In this document: piece after piece, positions 18,597 to 28,308 of the stretch
Layout of the letters: every line of letters starts with the position of its first letter
How positions within the stretch are numbered: position 1 is the stretch's first letter
Assembly: GCA_037439545.1 (NCBI GenBank)
Contig: JBBIVV010000008.1
Location: 1-61,490, forward strand
DNA from: a bacterium
GTDB lineage: Bacteria; JAMCPX01
Reading direction: 5' to 3'
Length of the DNA: 61,490 nucleotides
Program-made: the position numbers and the translations under genes
Notes under the pieces: model-generated
Seen by the model: the letters and a program-made list of their open reading frames with translations, nothing else
Told to the model about the DNA's origin: nothing
Database searches by the model: none

Positions 18597-18655
18597 TAAC
18601 ACAAGTAATTTACTTAGGTATAAAATAAACAATTATTACTATTCTTGTCAAGAAT
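18597..18655 (-). promoter_or_regulatory. Promoter with two tandem Rrf2 (IscR/CymR)-type operator-like sites
   Basis: Minus strand ATTCTTGACAAGAATAGTAATAATT (contains TTGACA) and ATACCTAAGTAAATTACTTGTGTTA (palindromic core AAGTAA-A-TTACTT). Confidence 0.5.
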
Positions 18656-18998
18656 TATTTTATAGACTGTAACGCTATATTATTCAATGTGTTATAGTTA
18701 ATATCGAAACCGCTTAATATTTTATGCCGAACGCACAACCCTTTTAACAGCATTATTAAAATTTTGAGCGGGACGCTCGTCCCCAGCTTGTCTGTGTGCC
18801 CGCCCGCTATTTTACTTATAGCGGGGTCAAGGCAAGATATAAAATCAACAAATTCCTTACCGTCGAAGAATCCGTCTACAGCGTGGTTCTTTACCATGCA
18901 TAACTTTGTTGCATATTTTAAATATTTCAAGTTATACTAAAAAATTCTTTTAAAGAAATGGAGTTTGGATATATGATTAATAATGGAGAGAAAAATTA

Positions 18999-20840
18999 AT
19001 GTTATCAGCGGACAAAATTAGAAATATAGGGATCATTGCACATATTGATCATGGGAAAACCACACTGGTCGACGCCATGCTCAGGCAGGCAGGTATATTC
19101 CGTGCCAATGAACAGATTATTGAGCGTGTGCTCGATTCGTTCGATCTCGAGAGAGAAAGGGGAATAACGATCCTTGCCAAGAATACATCCATCAGGTATG
19201 GCGAGTATAAGATCAATATCGTTGACACGCCGGGGCATGCAGATTTTAGCGGTGAGGTCGAGAGGGCACTTTCAATGGTGGATGGAGTACTGCTGTTGGT
19301 CGATGCAATAGACGGACCAATGCCTCAAACCAGGTTTGTGCTGAGAAAGGCACTCGAGAGCAAGCTCAAGGCTATCGTTGTTATAAATAAGATCGACAGG
19401 CCTGAGGCACGGGCTTCAGAGGTACTCGATGCTGTTTCAGAATTGTTCCTTGATCTTGTGGTTGATTCTTCCCAGCTTGATTTCCCGGTCATATACACCT
19501 CCGCAAGAAACGGTACTGCTTCAGTATCATTGAATGGTCCACAGACTAATCTTAAGCCATTGTTTGAAGCAATCGTGGATCATATACCTTCCCCTGATGT
19601 TGTCCGTGATGATAAGTTTGAGATGATGATAAGCCAGCTTGCCTATGATCAGTACATGGGACCGATGGTCATAGGAAAGGTTAAAAGCGGCGGGCTGCAT
19701 CCCGGTGAAGAGGTCAGTATTCATCCTAAGGGGCAGCAGCCTTTCATAAAAAAGATATTAAAGTTATTTACCTTTGAAGGCCTGCAGCGTCTTGAAATTG
19801 AAGAGACATCACCCGGTGATATTATTGCCATTGCAGGAATTGATACTCAGGACATCGGGACAATAGTCACCCAGAAAGAAGAGATTGAGCATGTGAACGG
19901 CTTAAAGATAGATGAACCTACAATATCCATACAGATGCTTGTAAATAACAGTCCTTTTTCAGGGAGAGAGGGTAAGTTTTTTACCTCAAGGCATCTCAAT
20001 GACCGATTAAAAAAAGAAATAAAATCAAATCTCTCGTTAAAAGTGACTCCAACCGATAGCTCCGATGTGTTCGATGTTGCAGGCAGGGGAGAGTTACATC
20101 TGACAATTTTATTTGAAACAATGCGGCGGGAAGGGTATGAATTCCAGGTAGGTATGCCAAAAGCAATATTGAAACATATTGATAACAAACTCATGGAACC
20201 CGTAGAAGAGTTAACGATCGAGGTTACGGATGAGTACTTCGGCAAGGTAATGGAAAAGATAGGTCCACGAAGAGGAGAATTGCTGCATTCCGACAAAACA
20301 CCTTCGGGCCTTACAAGACTTGTATTCACCATTCCATCACGCGGAATTATAGGACTGCGGGGCGAATTACTGCTTGAGACCAAAGGCAATGTCGTCATGC
20401 ATCATCAGTTTACGAAGTATGACGTATACAGGGGTGATTTGCCGTCACGCAAAAAGGGGGTGCAGATTGCAAAAGAACAAACAATTGCAGTTGCCTACGC
20501 TTTGTGGTTCCTTCAGGAAAGGGGGCCTTTGTTCATGAATCCCGGTGATAAAATATACGGCGGTATGATTGTAGGAATCCATAACAAAGAAACAGATATT
20601 GTCGTTAATCCGGGAAAAAAGAAGCATCTTTCGAATATGAGGGCATCAGGCTCGGATGAAGCCATAAAGCTTATACCTCCCATGAAGCTGACACTTGAAT
20701 ACGGACTCGGATTTATTGAAGACGATGAATTACTCGAGATCACGCCCCTGTCGATAAGACTCAGGAAAAAGGTACTCGATCATAATGAACGCAAAAGAGT
20801 CGAAAGGAAGACAGAACAGGAGATTGATAACGATGAATAA
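18999..20840 (+). CDS. typA: Translational GTPase TypA/BipA
   Basis: IAHIDHGKTT, ERGITILAKN, DTPGHADF, GRGELHL, NMRASGSD. Confidence 0.96.
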   Translation: MLSADKIRNIGIIAHIDHGKTTLVDAMLRQAGIFRANEQIIERVLDSFDLERERGITILAKNTSIRYGEYKINIVDTPGHADFSGEVERALSMVDGVLLLVDAIDGPMPQTRFVLRKALESKLKAIVVINKIDRPEARASEVLDAVSELFLDLVVDSSQLDFPVIYTSARNGTASVSLNGPQTNLKPLFEAIVDHIPSPDVVRDDKFEMMISQLAYDQYMGPMVIGKVKSGGLHPGEEVSIHPKGQQPFIKKILKLFTFEGLQRLEIEETSPGDIIAIAGIDTQDIGTIVTQKEEIEHVNGLKIDEPTISIQMLVNNSPFSGREGKFFTSRHLNDRLKKEIKSNLSLKVTPTDSSDVFDVAGRGELHLTILFETMRREGYEFQVGMPKAILKHIDNKLMEPVEELTIEVTDEYFGKVMEKIGPRRGELLHSDKTPSGLTRLVFTIPSRGIIGLRGELLLETKGNVVMHHQFTKYDVYRGDLPSRKKGVQIAKEQTIAVAYALWFLQERGPLFMNPGDKIYGGMIVGIHNKETDIVVNPGKKKHLSNMRASGSDEAIKLIPPMKLTLEYGLGFIEDDELLEITPLSIRLRKKVLDHNERKRVERKTEQEIDNDE

Positions 20841-21522
20841 GCAGGTTATAGTCATAGAGGACGATAAAGACATAGCAAGTCTCATATCGCACTATCTTAC
20901 CAGAGAAGGCTTCATACCTATTATAGCCTATGACGGTGAAGAAGGACTATGGCAGTTGCAGTCGAAATCTCCCGCATTAATCATACTTGATCTCATGCTG
21001 CCGAGGAAGAACGGTTACGAAGTCATGAAACAGTTGAAAGAGCAGGGCGCAACTTCAAACATTCCCGTTATAATACTTACGGCAAAATCCGATGAAATTG
21101 ACCGGGTCCTCGGGCTTGAGCTCGGTGCGGATGATTATATGACCAAGCCGTTCAGCCCGAGAGAATTGATAGCAAGGGTGAAGGCTGTTATAAGGCGTGC
21201 TACCAGGGAGTTACACACAGAAAAAGAAAAAAATATCGTTTATGGTAAACTTGAGATAAACGATCTCAAGCATGAGGTAAAATACGACGACAAAATGGTG
21301 CCCCTTACTTCGAAAGAATACAGCTTGCTGAAATATTTCATGGAACACAGAGGCATAGTGCTCTCAAGAGATACGCTTCTGCAGAACATATGGGGATATA
21401 ATTATTTCGGCACAACGAGGACAGTGGATGTTCATGTGTCGAGACTCAAAAAAAAATTGCTCCCATTGAATAAACATATTCAAAATATTAAAGATATAGG
21501 ATATAAGTTTATCGATGAATAA
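20833..21522 (+). CDS. phoB: OmpR-family response regulator (PhoB/PhoP-like)
   Basis: IEDD, LDLMLP, ILTAK, GADDY.TKPF, TRTVDVH; start moved to ATG 20833. Confidence 0.75.
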   Translation: MNKQVIVIEDDKDIASLISHYLTREGFIPIIAYDGEEGLWQLQSKSPALIILDLMLPRKNGYEVMKQLKEQGATSNIPVIILTAKSDEIDRVLGLELGADDYMTKPFSPRELIARVKAVIRRATRELHTEKEKNIVYGKLEINDLKHEVKYDDKMVPLTSKEYSLLKYFMEHRGIVLSRDTLLQNIWGYNYFGTTRTVDVHVSRLKKKLLPLNKHIQNIKDIGYKFIDE

Positions 21523-22837
21523 ATCGGCATTCCTGATATTTTCATTATTGTCGCTCCTGACAGGGTCAATAGTACTGTTCGCAGAGAGGGCAGGCATCGA
21601 GTTATCCATTTTTATCATTCTTCTTGTTGCGGTATTCATAGGTGTCATTGCTGCTGGATTATATGCAAGGCGCATAAAAATAGTGTTAAAGCATATAATT
21701 GCTTCTGCAAAAGATGACCTCGGGATATATAACCTGCCGTTCTCATCTTCTCCCGGTATGGATGACATTTCATCCGTCACCAGGCTTCTCATAACAAAGG
21801 TACGGGAGTCTTTCGACGCACTGCACCGGAACATCGATGATACCAGAAAAATCATCGATGGTGTTGACATAGGCATACTTGTCATAAACAAACATGGTAA
21901 TGTTATCTATGCAAATCGATATATTAAGGAATTTTCGGGGATCAGTAAAGACATAACCGGCATGTATTTTCTGGATATAGTCAGAAGTTATGAAGCAGAG
22001 GCGTTGTTCAATTCGGTACTATCAGGCGCAGCGTTTCAGCAAAAGGAAATCTCTCTTTTTACACCCGATGAAAGAAAGTTTAATCTCAGGGTAGGCCAAA
22101 TAGAGTACTGTACATCTGATAAATGTTATCTGTTGACACTCAAGGATATAACAAGATTGAAGCAGATTGAGCAGATAAGACAGGATTTTATTACCAATGC
22201 ATCTCATGAATTAAAGACCCCGCTCACATCAATAATAGGCTACCTTGAAGCCCTCAAGGATGATTATAATAAAAACTTTATAGATACTGCGTATAAGAAT
22301 GCAAAAAGGATGCACCGGATCGTCGAGGACATGCTTGTGCTCTCGAAGGCGGACAGAGGGGCATCTGAATTGAACATGCGGGATGTCAGCCTGTCGGATA
22401 TTATAGGCGAGATTCAGGCATTGCTGGACAATGAAATTATAAAAAAGCATCAGAAGTTTACCGTCAATATACCCAGTGCAGTGGACGTTGTTTATGGAGA
22501 TCGAGAGGCATTGTTCCATATATTTCTGAACCTCATAGATAATGCGGTCAAATACAGCGATCAGAATAAGGATATAAGTGTCTCCGCTGCGCTGAAAGAT
22601 AAAGAGGTTGAAATAGTTGTAAAGGATAACGGGACCGGCATTCCGTCCAACGAGTTTGGAAGGATATTTGAGAGGTTCTACACTGTTGACAAGGCACGTT
22701 CACGTGAGCTTGGCGGTACGGGACTCGGATTGTCTATTGTAAGACACTTTGTACTTGCACATCACGGAAGAGTATGGGTCGAAAGCGAATTGAACAAGGG
22801 CAGCATATTCCATTTTACTATCCCGGCAAAGAAATAA
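21515..22837 (+). CDS. phoR: Sensor histidine kinase (PhoR-like; TM-PAS-HisKA-HATPase)
   Basis: RQDFITNASHELKTPLTSI, NLIDNAVKY, RIFERFYTVDKARSR..GGTGLGL. Confidence 0.8.
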   Translation: MNKSAFLIFSLLSLLTGSIVLFAERAGIELSIFIILLVAVFIGVIAAGLYARRIKIVLKHIIASAKDDLGIYNLPFSSSPGMDDISSVTRLLITKVRESFDALHRNIDDTRKIIDGVDIGILVINKHGNVIYANRYIKEFSGISKDITGMYFLDIVRSYEAEALFNSVLSGAAFQQKEISLFTPDERKFNLRVGQIEYCTSDKCYLLTLKDITRLKQIEQIRQDFITNASHELKTPLTSIIGYLEALKDDYNKNFIDTAYKNAKRMHRIVEDMLVLSKADRGASELNMRDVSLSDIIGEIQALLDNEIIKKHQKFTVNIPSAVDVVYGDREALFHIFLNLIDNAVKYSDQNKDISVSAALKDKEVEIVVKDNGTGIPSNEFGRIFERFYTVDKARSRELGGTGLGLSIVRHFVLAHHGRVWVESELNKGSIFHFTIPAKK

Positions 22838-22840
22838 ATA

Positions 22841-23560
22841 TCAGGCTGTCAAAGCCCTCAGTGCTATAAGTATCGCTGCATCGAGTGATGCTCTTACCTG
22901 CGGTGAATCCATAACCTGTTCACCATAGTTGATATTCCCCGTTGCAAGCAGCAGTGCTCCTGTTCTTATGCCCAGTGCGTGACCGAGTGCAAATAGGGCA
23001 GCACATTCCATTTCTATTGCAAGGATACCTTTTGACTCGAGCAGCTTTGCATCTTTCTTCTCCGAGAAAAAAGCATCGGATGTCATGATTGGCCCGATGT
23101 GAAATGCAGGAGCACGTTGCAGGGTGCCCCTGACAGATGTATATTTTACAAGATTTTCCAGGATAGAGAAATGGGGTACGGATGGAATTTCACCGATACC
23201 ATAGATATTTTTAAAACCTATCATAGAACCTGCGCCTGTAGGGATAACAATATCTCCCGGCTTTACCTGTTTATTAATGCCGCCGCAGGTGCCTATTCTA
23301 ATGATGACCTTAACGCCGAGCCTGCTGAGTTCCTCTATTACAATACCTGCTGATGGAGATCCCATGCCCGAAGTAACGATAGAGACCTTTTTGTTATGAT
23401 AGAAGCCCGTGTACGAGTTCAGACCGCGGTAATCGTTAATAAGTTTTGATCCATGTAAGAATTTATCCGCAATATATGCGGATCTTTGCGGATCACCGGG
23501 CAGGAGAACGAGTTTCGACATGTTCCCCGGTTTTATTTTTAGATGATAAAGTTTTTTCAT
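22841..23560 (-). CDS. Nucleoside phosphorylase (DeoD/Udp family)
   Basis: LLPGDPQR, GMGSPS, IRIGTCGG, SDAFF, EME. Confidence 0.88.
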   Translation of the reverse strand: MKKLYHLKIKPGNMSKLVLLPGDPQRSAYIADKFLHGSKLINDYRGLNSYTGFYHNKKVSIVTSGMGSPSAGIVIEELSRLGVKVIIRIGTCGGINKQVKPGDIVIPTGAGSMIGFKNIYGIGEIPSVPHFSILENLVKYTSVRGTLQRAPAFHIGPIMTSDAFFSEKKDAKLLESKGILAIEMECAALFALGHALGIRTGALLLATGNINYGEQVMDSPQVRASLDAAILIALRALTA

Positions 23561-23569
23561 GAAAAACCT

Positions 23570-24637
23570 TTATGAGAATATTTTTCTGGGAGTATCTTTA
23601 CCTCTTATGCTTTCCCATTCTTCCATGATTTGCTTTTCCCTCGAAGACAAGTCTTTTGGTATCAGAATATGAATTCTCACATAGAGATCCCCAAGTCTTG
23701 TCGTTGAGTCGATACCTTTCCCTCTTAACTTTAATAACTGCTCATCCTGCGTGCCCGACGGTATTTTAAGGTTTATGGTGCCCCCCGTTGGAGAAGGTAT
23801 GTCGATTGCTTTACCGAGAATTGCTTCATAGGGATAGACCGGCAGATCAAGATACAGGTCTTCATTCCTTGAGGTAAAGTTTTCCGGAGGTCTAATCTTA
23901 ACATTCAAATAAAGTGACCCTCTCCTGCCCGATTGTGGATCCATACTACCCTGACCGGAAAGTTTTATCTTTGCTCCTTGTTTGACCCCTTTCGGCAGTT
24001 TTACCTCTATAGTTTTGTTTGCCTTTGTAAACCCTGTACCGTTGCATTGAGGGCATATATTCTGGCTTGAGATATTCCTGCCTTTATAAGATGCAGTCCT
24101 GCCGATATAGCCGCTCCCTTTACATAAGTTACAAACTTCAGAAGATGGAATGGTGATCGTTCTTTTTCCCCCGTTCAATGCATCCGATGCTGATAATTCT
24201 ATTTCAGCCTCCTGGTCAATATCAGGGGTTTGTTGTGCACTGCTTCTGCCAAACCCTCCGAGCAGGTCTTCCATGTTCAGCCCGCCGGCTCCACGGGCGC
24301 CATGCCCGCCAAAGAATGTTTCAAAGAAGTCAGAGAAATCGGTTGATCCATAATGTGATCGCCCTGTCCCGGCGTAGTCCCTCTGTCCCCATTGCTCCTG
24401 ACTCGATATTCTATCCCAGTTATAGCCGAGCTGGTCATACTTTGTTCTTTTTTCAGGGTCACCAAGTACCTGGTAAGCCTCGTTAATTTCTTTAAACTTC
24501 TCTTCAGCCCTTTTCTTGTCTGTGGGATTCAGATCAGGATGGTACTGTCTTGCAAGGGTTTTATAAGCTTTTTTTATTTCTTCCTGCGCGGCGCTCTTGC
24601 TGACGCCGAGTAATTTATAATAATCTTTATATTGCAC
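23570..24637 (-). CDS. DnaJ-class co-chaperone (CbpA-like with two CxxCxGxG repeats)
   Basis: J domain with HPD, FSDFFETFFG, CNLCKGSG and CPQCNGTG, DnaJ C-terminal domain. Confidence 0.88.
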   Translation of the reverse strand: MQYKDYYKLLGVSKSAAQEEIKKAYKTLARQYHPDLNPTDKKRAEEKFKEINEAYQVLGDPEKRTKYDQLGYNWDRISSQEQWGQRDYAGTGRSHYGSTDFSDFFETFFGGHGARGAGGLNMEDLLGGFGRSSAQQTPDIDQEAEIELSASDALNGGKRTITIPSSEVCNLCKGSGYIGRTASYKGRNISSQNICPQCNGTGFTKANKTIEVKLPKGVKQGAKIKLSGQGSMDPQSGRRGSLYLNVKIRPPENFTSRNEDLYLDLPVYPYEAILGKAIDIPSPTGGTINLKIPSGTQDEQLLKLRGKGIDSTTRLGDLYVRIHILIPKDLSSREKQIMEEWESIRGKDTPRKIFS

Positions 24638-24682
24638 GACTCACCTCATTGTTTGTAAAGATAATGTATATTTGCAATAGTA

Positions 24683-25771
24683 TCAAGCGGATGTCTTGTC
24701 CCCGGCTGCAACGGGTATGCGTGAGTCGAGCCATTCCTTTATAAGCGGGTAGACCTCTTCGGGTGCATACTTGCCGAATACAAGATCAATGTGCCCATAG
24801 TCCGCTGAAAAGCCGTTCTTTGCAGACAATTCAATGTATGTTTTATCCTTGGACCGGATTTTTTCGTATGTATAAACAGTATCAGCAACAGTGGATAGCT
24901 TGTCCCCCTTGCCTGATATGATGAGCAGCGGTGTTACAATAGAAGTAAGATTTTCCGTTATCTTAGTGCCGTCTGAAAGAGAAATGGCATATTTCCCCAC
25001 CCAGTTGCCAAACTGTGCCAGTAATCTTGACGATAGCGGGGTGACCGCATTATACTGAGCTATCTTTATCACGTGCGGATCGATGTTCTGCACGTTCATC
25101 TGATTCGTTATAAAGGATGTATTGAGCGCACCGGTGAGCGGAATAAGCAGTTTTGCGAATACATTTGCATGGATCTTTACCGTCAAATTAAGGAGAGGCC
25201 TGAGTTTCAACAAGCCCGAAAGGGTCTTTTCAGAGCTTGTAAACCGGACCGGTGAGCCGAGAGTAACCCCGGCTTTTATAAACTTATCTCCTCCTTGAAG
25301 CAGATATGAATAAAGCAGCATACCACCCATTGAATGTCCAATCCAGTACAGTCCACGATCCTGAGTTTTGTTTAGAATATAATGAACAGCATCGGGAACA
25401 TCTTTTTTCACAAAATCATCGAAATTGAAGTCCCAGTTATCGTACTCTATGATACCTTTTACATCGGCGCCCCTTAAATTCAATATCCAGCTATCATAGC
25501 CGCTGTTCGCCATGTATCGTGCGAGTGAATATTTCTCTGTAACATCGAAATTATGCATGTTCGCACCGAGTCCATGACAGAAGAGGATTGGTTCTGAATG
25601 CCTGTTCTTGCCTTTTGGCGTATATCTGAAAAGTGCTATTTTTACATTATCGGAGGCAGATAAAAAATGAATTTGATCAGGCAGGTCGTGCAGAGCGTAT
25701 TTTCTTGAGAGTGTGCGTGAGTATATATATACGGCCGCTATGACTGCACATAGAACAATAAAATAAATCAT
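24683..25771 (-). CDS. Alpha/beta-fold hydrolase (lipase/esterase-like) with N-terminal TM
   Basis: HGLGAN, GHSMGG nucleophile elbow, DYGHIDL. Confidence 0.85.
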   Translation of the reverse strand: MIYFIVLCAVIAAVYIYSRTLSRKYALHDLPDQIHFLSASDNVKIALFRYTPKGKNRHSEPILFCHGLGANMHNFDVTEKYSLARYMANSGYDSWILNLRGADVKGIIEYDNWDFNFDDFVKKDVPDAVHYILNKTQDRGLYWIGHSMGGMLLYSYLLQGGDKFIKAGVTLGSPVRFTSSEKTLSGLLKLRPLLNLTVKIHANVFAKLLIPLTGALNTSFITNQMNVQNIDPHVIKIAQYNAVTPLSSRLLAQFGNWVGKYAISLSDGTKITENLTSIVTPLLIISGKGDKLSTVADTVYTYEKIRSKDKTYIELSAKNGFSADYGHIDLVFGKYAPEEVYPLIKEWLDSRIPVAAGDKTSA

Positions 25772-25908
25772 AAGGATAATGGATCATATTTTCTCAGAGA
25801 ATACAATAGAATGCAATGAGCGATAACCCATACTCGTGCAAACTTATTGACATACGCCGTGATTGCTTTTATTGATTATATTATCAAAAAAATAAAGGAG
25901 GTAAAGAT

Positions 25909-26751
25909 ATGGGGCTTTTAGATGGAAAAGTGGCTATAATCACTGGATCCGGTTCCGGGATTGGCAGACAGCATGCAATTGCAATGGTAAAGGAAGGTGC
26001 AAAGGTCGTTATTAATGATCTCGGAGGGACAAGGGATGGTTCCGGTTCCTCAACAAAGGCTGCTGATGTAGTTGTAGACGAGATAAAAAAGATGGGTGGA
26101 GCTGCAGTAGCCAATTATGATTCCGTGGCAACAATGCAGGGTGCGGCAAATATCGTTAAAACAGCAACAGATGCCTTCGGGAAATTGGATATTGTGGTGA
26201 ACAACGCCGGTATTTTGCGTGACAAGACACTCCTTAAGATGACAGAAGAGGAGTTTGATATAGTAATTTCAGTTCATCTGAAGGGGGCATTTGCAATGAG
26301 CCAGGCAGCGGCAAAGGTTCTGAAAGAGCAGGGGCAAGGTGGAAGGATCATAAATACAACATCCATAGCAGGACTGATGGGTAATTTCGGACAGACAAAT
26401 TACAGTGCTGCAAAAGGCGGTGTTTATTCCATGACCAAAACAGATGCCATGGAACTCGAGAAGGCTGGCATAACAGTGAATGCCGTGGCACCTATTGCAT
26501 ATACGAGAATGACAGAGGATCTGCCGATGTTCGCAGGACAGGAAAAAGACCTTGCACCCGAGCATATATCTCCGGTGGTAGTATTTCTGGCATCCGAACT
26601 GTCAAAGGGAATAACCGGTAAGATATTCGGTGTTCAGGGAAGGAAGATATACCAGTTCTATATGAAGATGACAGACGGTGTTACAAAGTCCGAAGGAATG
26701 TGGACACCTCAGGAAATATCAAAGAATATAGATAAGATCCTTGCTGAATAA
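25909..26751 (+). CDS. SDR oxidoreductase (hydroxyacyl-CoA dehydrogenase, MFE-2 N-domain-like)
   Basis: TGSGSGIG, VINDLGG, NNAGILRD, GNFGQTNYSAAK. Confidence 0.9.
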   Translation: MGLLDGKVAIITGSGSGIGRQHAIAMVKEGAKVVINDLGGTRDGSGSSTKAADVVVDEIKKMGGAAVANYDSVATMQGAANIVKTATDAFGKLDIVVNNAGILRDKTLLKMTEEEFDIVISVHLKGAFAMSQAAAKVLKEQGQGGRIINTTSIAGLMGNFGQTNYSAAKGGVYSMTKTDAMELEKAGITVNAVAPIAYTRMTEDLPMFAGQEKDLAPEHISPVVVFLASELSKGITGKIFGVQGRKIYQFYMKMTDGVTKSEGMWTPQEISKNIDKILAE

Positions 26752-26763
26752 AATAATGCTTTT

Positions 26764-26792
26764 GTAGGGGCTTATTATAGTAAGCCCCTTTC
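26764..26792. terminator. GTAG-type REP-like hairpin, likely terminator between convergent genes
   Basis: GTAGGGGCTTA-TTATAG-TAAGCCCCTTT. Confidence 0.6.
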
Positions 26793-26805
26793 TATTTTTA
26801 AATGA

Positions 26806-27978
26806 CTACAATACTATCCACATACCGATGGCTGCAATGACACCCATGAGTCCGCCGAAATAGAATGTATATTGCGGCCCAAACATATCCCAGATCAGGC
26901 CTGCAAGTAAAGATGCAGGAAACAAGCCGATGCCGACGAGCGTTGCATGCAACCCGATCATGGTGGCTCTCAGGTCTTTCGGCGCAATATCCGAGACAAG
27001 GGCTTTTTCAACGCCTTCTGTAAAAGCAATGTAGAGCCCGTAGATCAAAAATAATATCCACACCGTGTCGTTTGAAGAGGCAAATCCAAAACCGGCGTAC
27101 ACAATTGCATATATTGCATAGCCTGCAACGATAAGCGTTTTTCTGCCGATTTTATCGGACAATCTCCCGGCAGGCCATGAAGTTAGGCCGTAAACGACGT
27201 TATACGCAAGATAAAGCAGCAGTACTCCTTCAACTGAGAAGCCTATGCCTTTTGCACGCATGAGCAAAAACTGGTTGGATGAATTACCGAGCGTGAATAC
27301 GAGGGTTACTATAAGAAATGCCTTCAGTCTTGCGTCAAGCCTTGACCATTTTAAAGATAGTCCGGACGCAAGCGGTTTACCGGTGCTTGTTTCTTTTACA
27401 AGGAACAAAATACCCACGCCTATTATTGCAGGGATCAGACTCAAGAGCATTATTGTTTTAAATGCAGGCAGGTAGGATTTAATGTTTTGAGCTGCGTGTG
27501 CGCCGTGATTAAGTCCGAAATGCCTCATGATGAATATTGCTGCTATTACACCGATTATAGCACCGCCTGTATCCATAGCTCTGTGCAGGCCAAATGATGA
27601 ACCTCGCTTGCCCTCTTTACTTGATTCAGCAATTATCGCATCTCTGGGGGCTGTTCTTATACCTTTACCGAACCTGTCAATCGTTCTGCCTGCAAATACA
27701 AACCCCCATCCGGTTGCCATCCACATGAAAAACTTACCGAGTGGAGAGAATGCATAGCCAAGTATTGCGAGAGATTTACGTTTCCTGACTTTGTCCGACA
27801 GGGCGCCTGAGAATACTTTGACAATACTCGCAGTACTCTCTGCAATGCCTTCAATGAGCCCGATAAGCGCAGGACCGGAGCCAAGTGCAAGCAGATAGAG
27901 AGAAATGATAGGGTAGATCATCTCGCTGGAAATATCCGTAAAAAGAGAAGTCAATCCTGTAATGATAATGTTCCACAT
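26806..27978 (-). CDS. MFS transporter
   Basis: About 12 TM; TDISSEMIYP, G.LSDK..KRK, DRFGKGIRTAPRDA; start moved to ATG 27978. Confidence 0.9.
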   Translation of the reverse strand: MWNIIITGLTSLFTDISSEMIYPIISLYLLALGSGPALIGLIEGIAESTASIVKVFSGALSDKVRKRKSLAILGYAFSPLGKFFMWMATGWGFVFAGRTIDRFGKGIRTAPRDAIIAESSKEGKRGSSFGLHRAMDTGGAIIGVIAAIFIMRHFGLNHGAHAAQNIKSYLPAFKTIMLLSLIPAIIGVGILFLVKETSTGKPLASGLSLKWSRLDARLKAFLIVTLVFTLGNSSNQFLLMRAKGIGFSVEGVLLLYLAYNVVYGLTSWPAGRLSDKIGRKTLIVAGYAIYAIVYAGFGFASSNDTVWILFLIYGLYIAFTEGVEKALVSDIAPKDLRATMIGLHATLVGIGLFPASLLAGLIWDMFGPQYTFYFGGLMGVIAAIGMWIVL

Positions 27979-28040
27979 AGATTTTTTATGTATCAACAGG
28001 AACGGTGTAAGGCAAGAAAAATCTAAACCCGCATTCAAAA

Positions 28041-28117
28041 TGGTCGGGGCGGGCGGATTTGGACCGCCGACCTTTCGGTCCCGAACCGAACGCTCTACCA
28101 GGCTGAGCCACGCCCCG
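28041..28117 (-). tRNA. tRNA-Pro(CGG)
   Basis: CGGGGCGTGGCTCAGCCTGGTAGAGCG...TTCGG-TTCGGGA-CCGAA...CGCCCCGACCA; full cloverleaf, CCA encoded. Confidence 0.93.
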
Positions 28118-28210
28118 TATTTTTTTTATTGATAACCTACTTTATACCTTTGGTCAACTTAATGTAAGAATCCCATGCCCGGTCTGAAGGTATGGTCTCC
28201 GGATAAGAAA

Positions 28211-28283
28211 TGGAGCTGAAGGGGATCGAACCCTCGGCCTCTACAATGCCATTGTAGCGCTCTCCCAGCTGAGCTACAGCCCC
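28211..28283 (-). tRNA. tRNA-Ala(GGC)
   Basis: GGGGCTGTAGCTCAGCTGGGAGAGCG CTACA-ATGGCAT-TGTAG...GGTTCGATCCC...AGCTCCA; G3-U70 pair; CCA not encoded. Confidence 0.95.
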
Positions 28284-28308
28284 GTACATAAACGGTTAAG
28301 AAAAATGT

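Noticed and set aside
18760..18830. c-di-GMP-I riboswitch (GGGACGC and TAGCGGGG present)
   Set aside because: The GCAAA, GNRA tetraloop and CUAA receptor elements are missing; the matches are explained by local hairpins.
18655..18930. 91-aa minus-strand ORF
   Set aside because: No recognisable motif; runs through hairpins and promoter-like sequence.
28041..28283. tRNA-anchored genomic island
   Set aside because: No integrase, no duplicated tRNA 3' end noticed, and flanks are ordinary genes.
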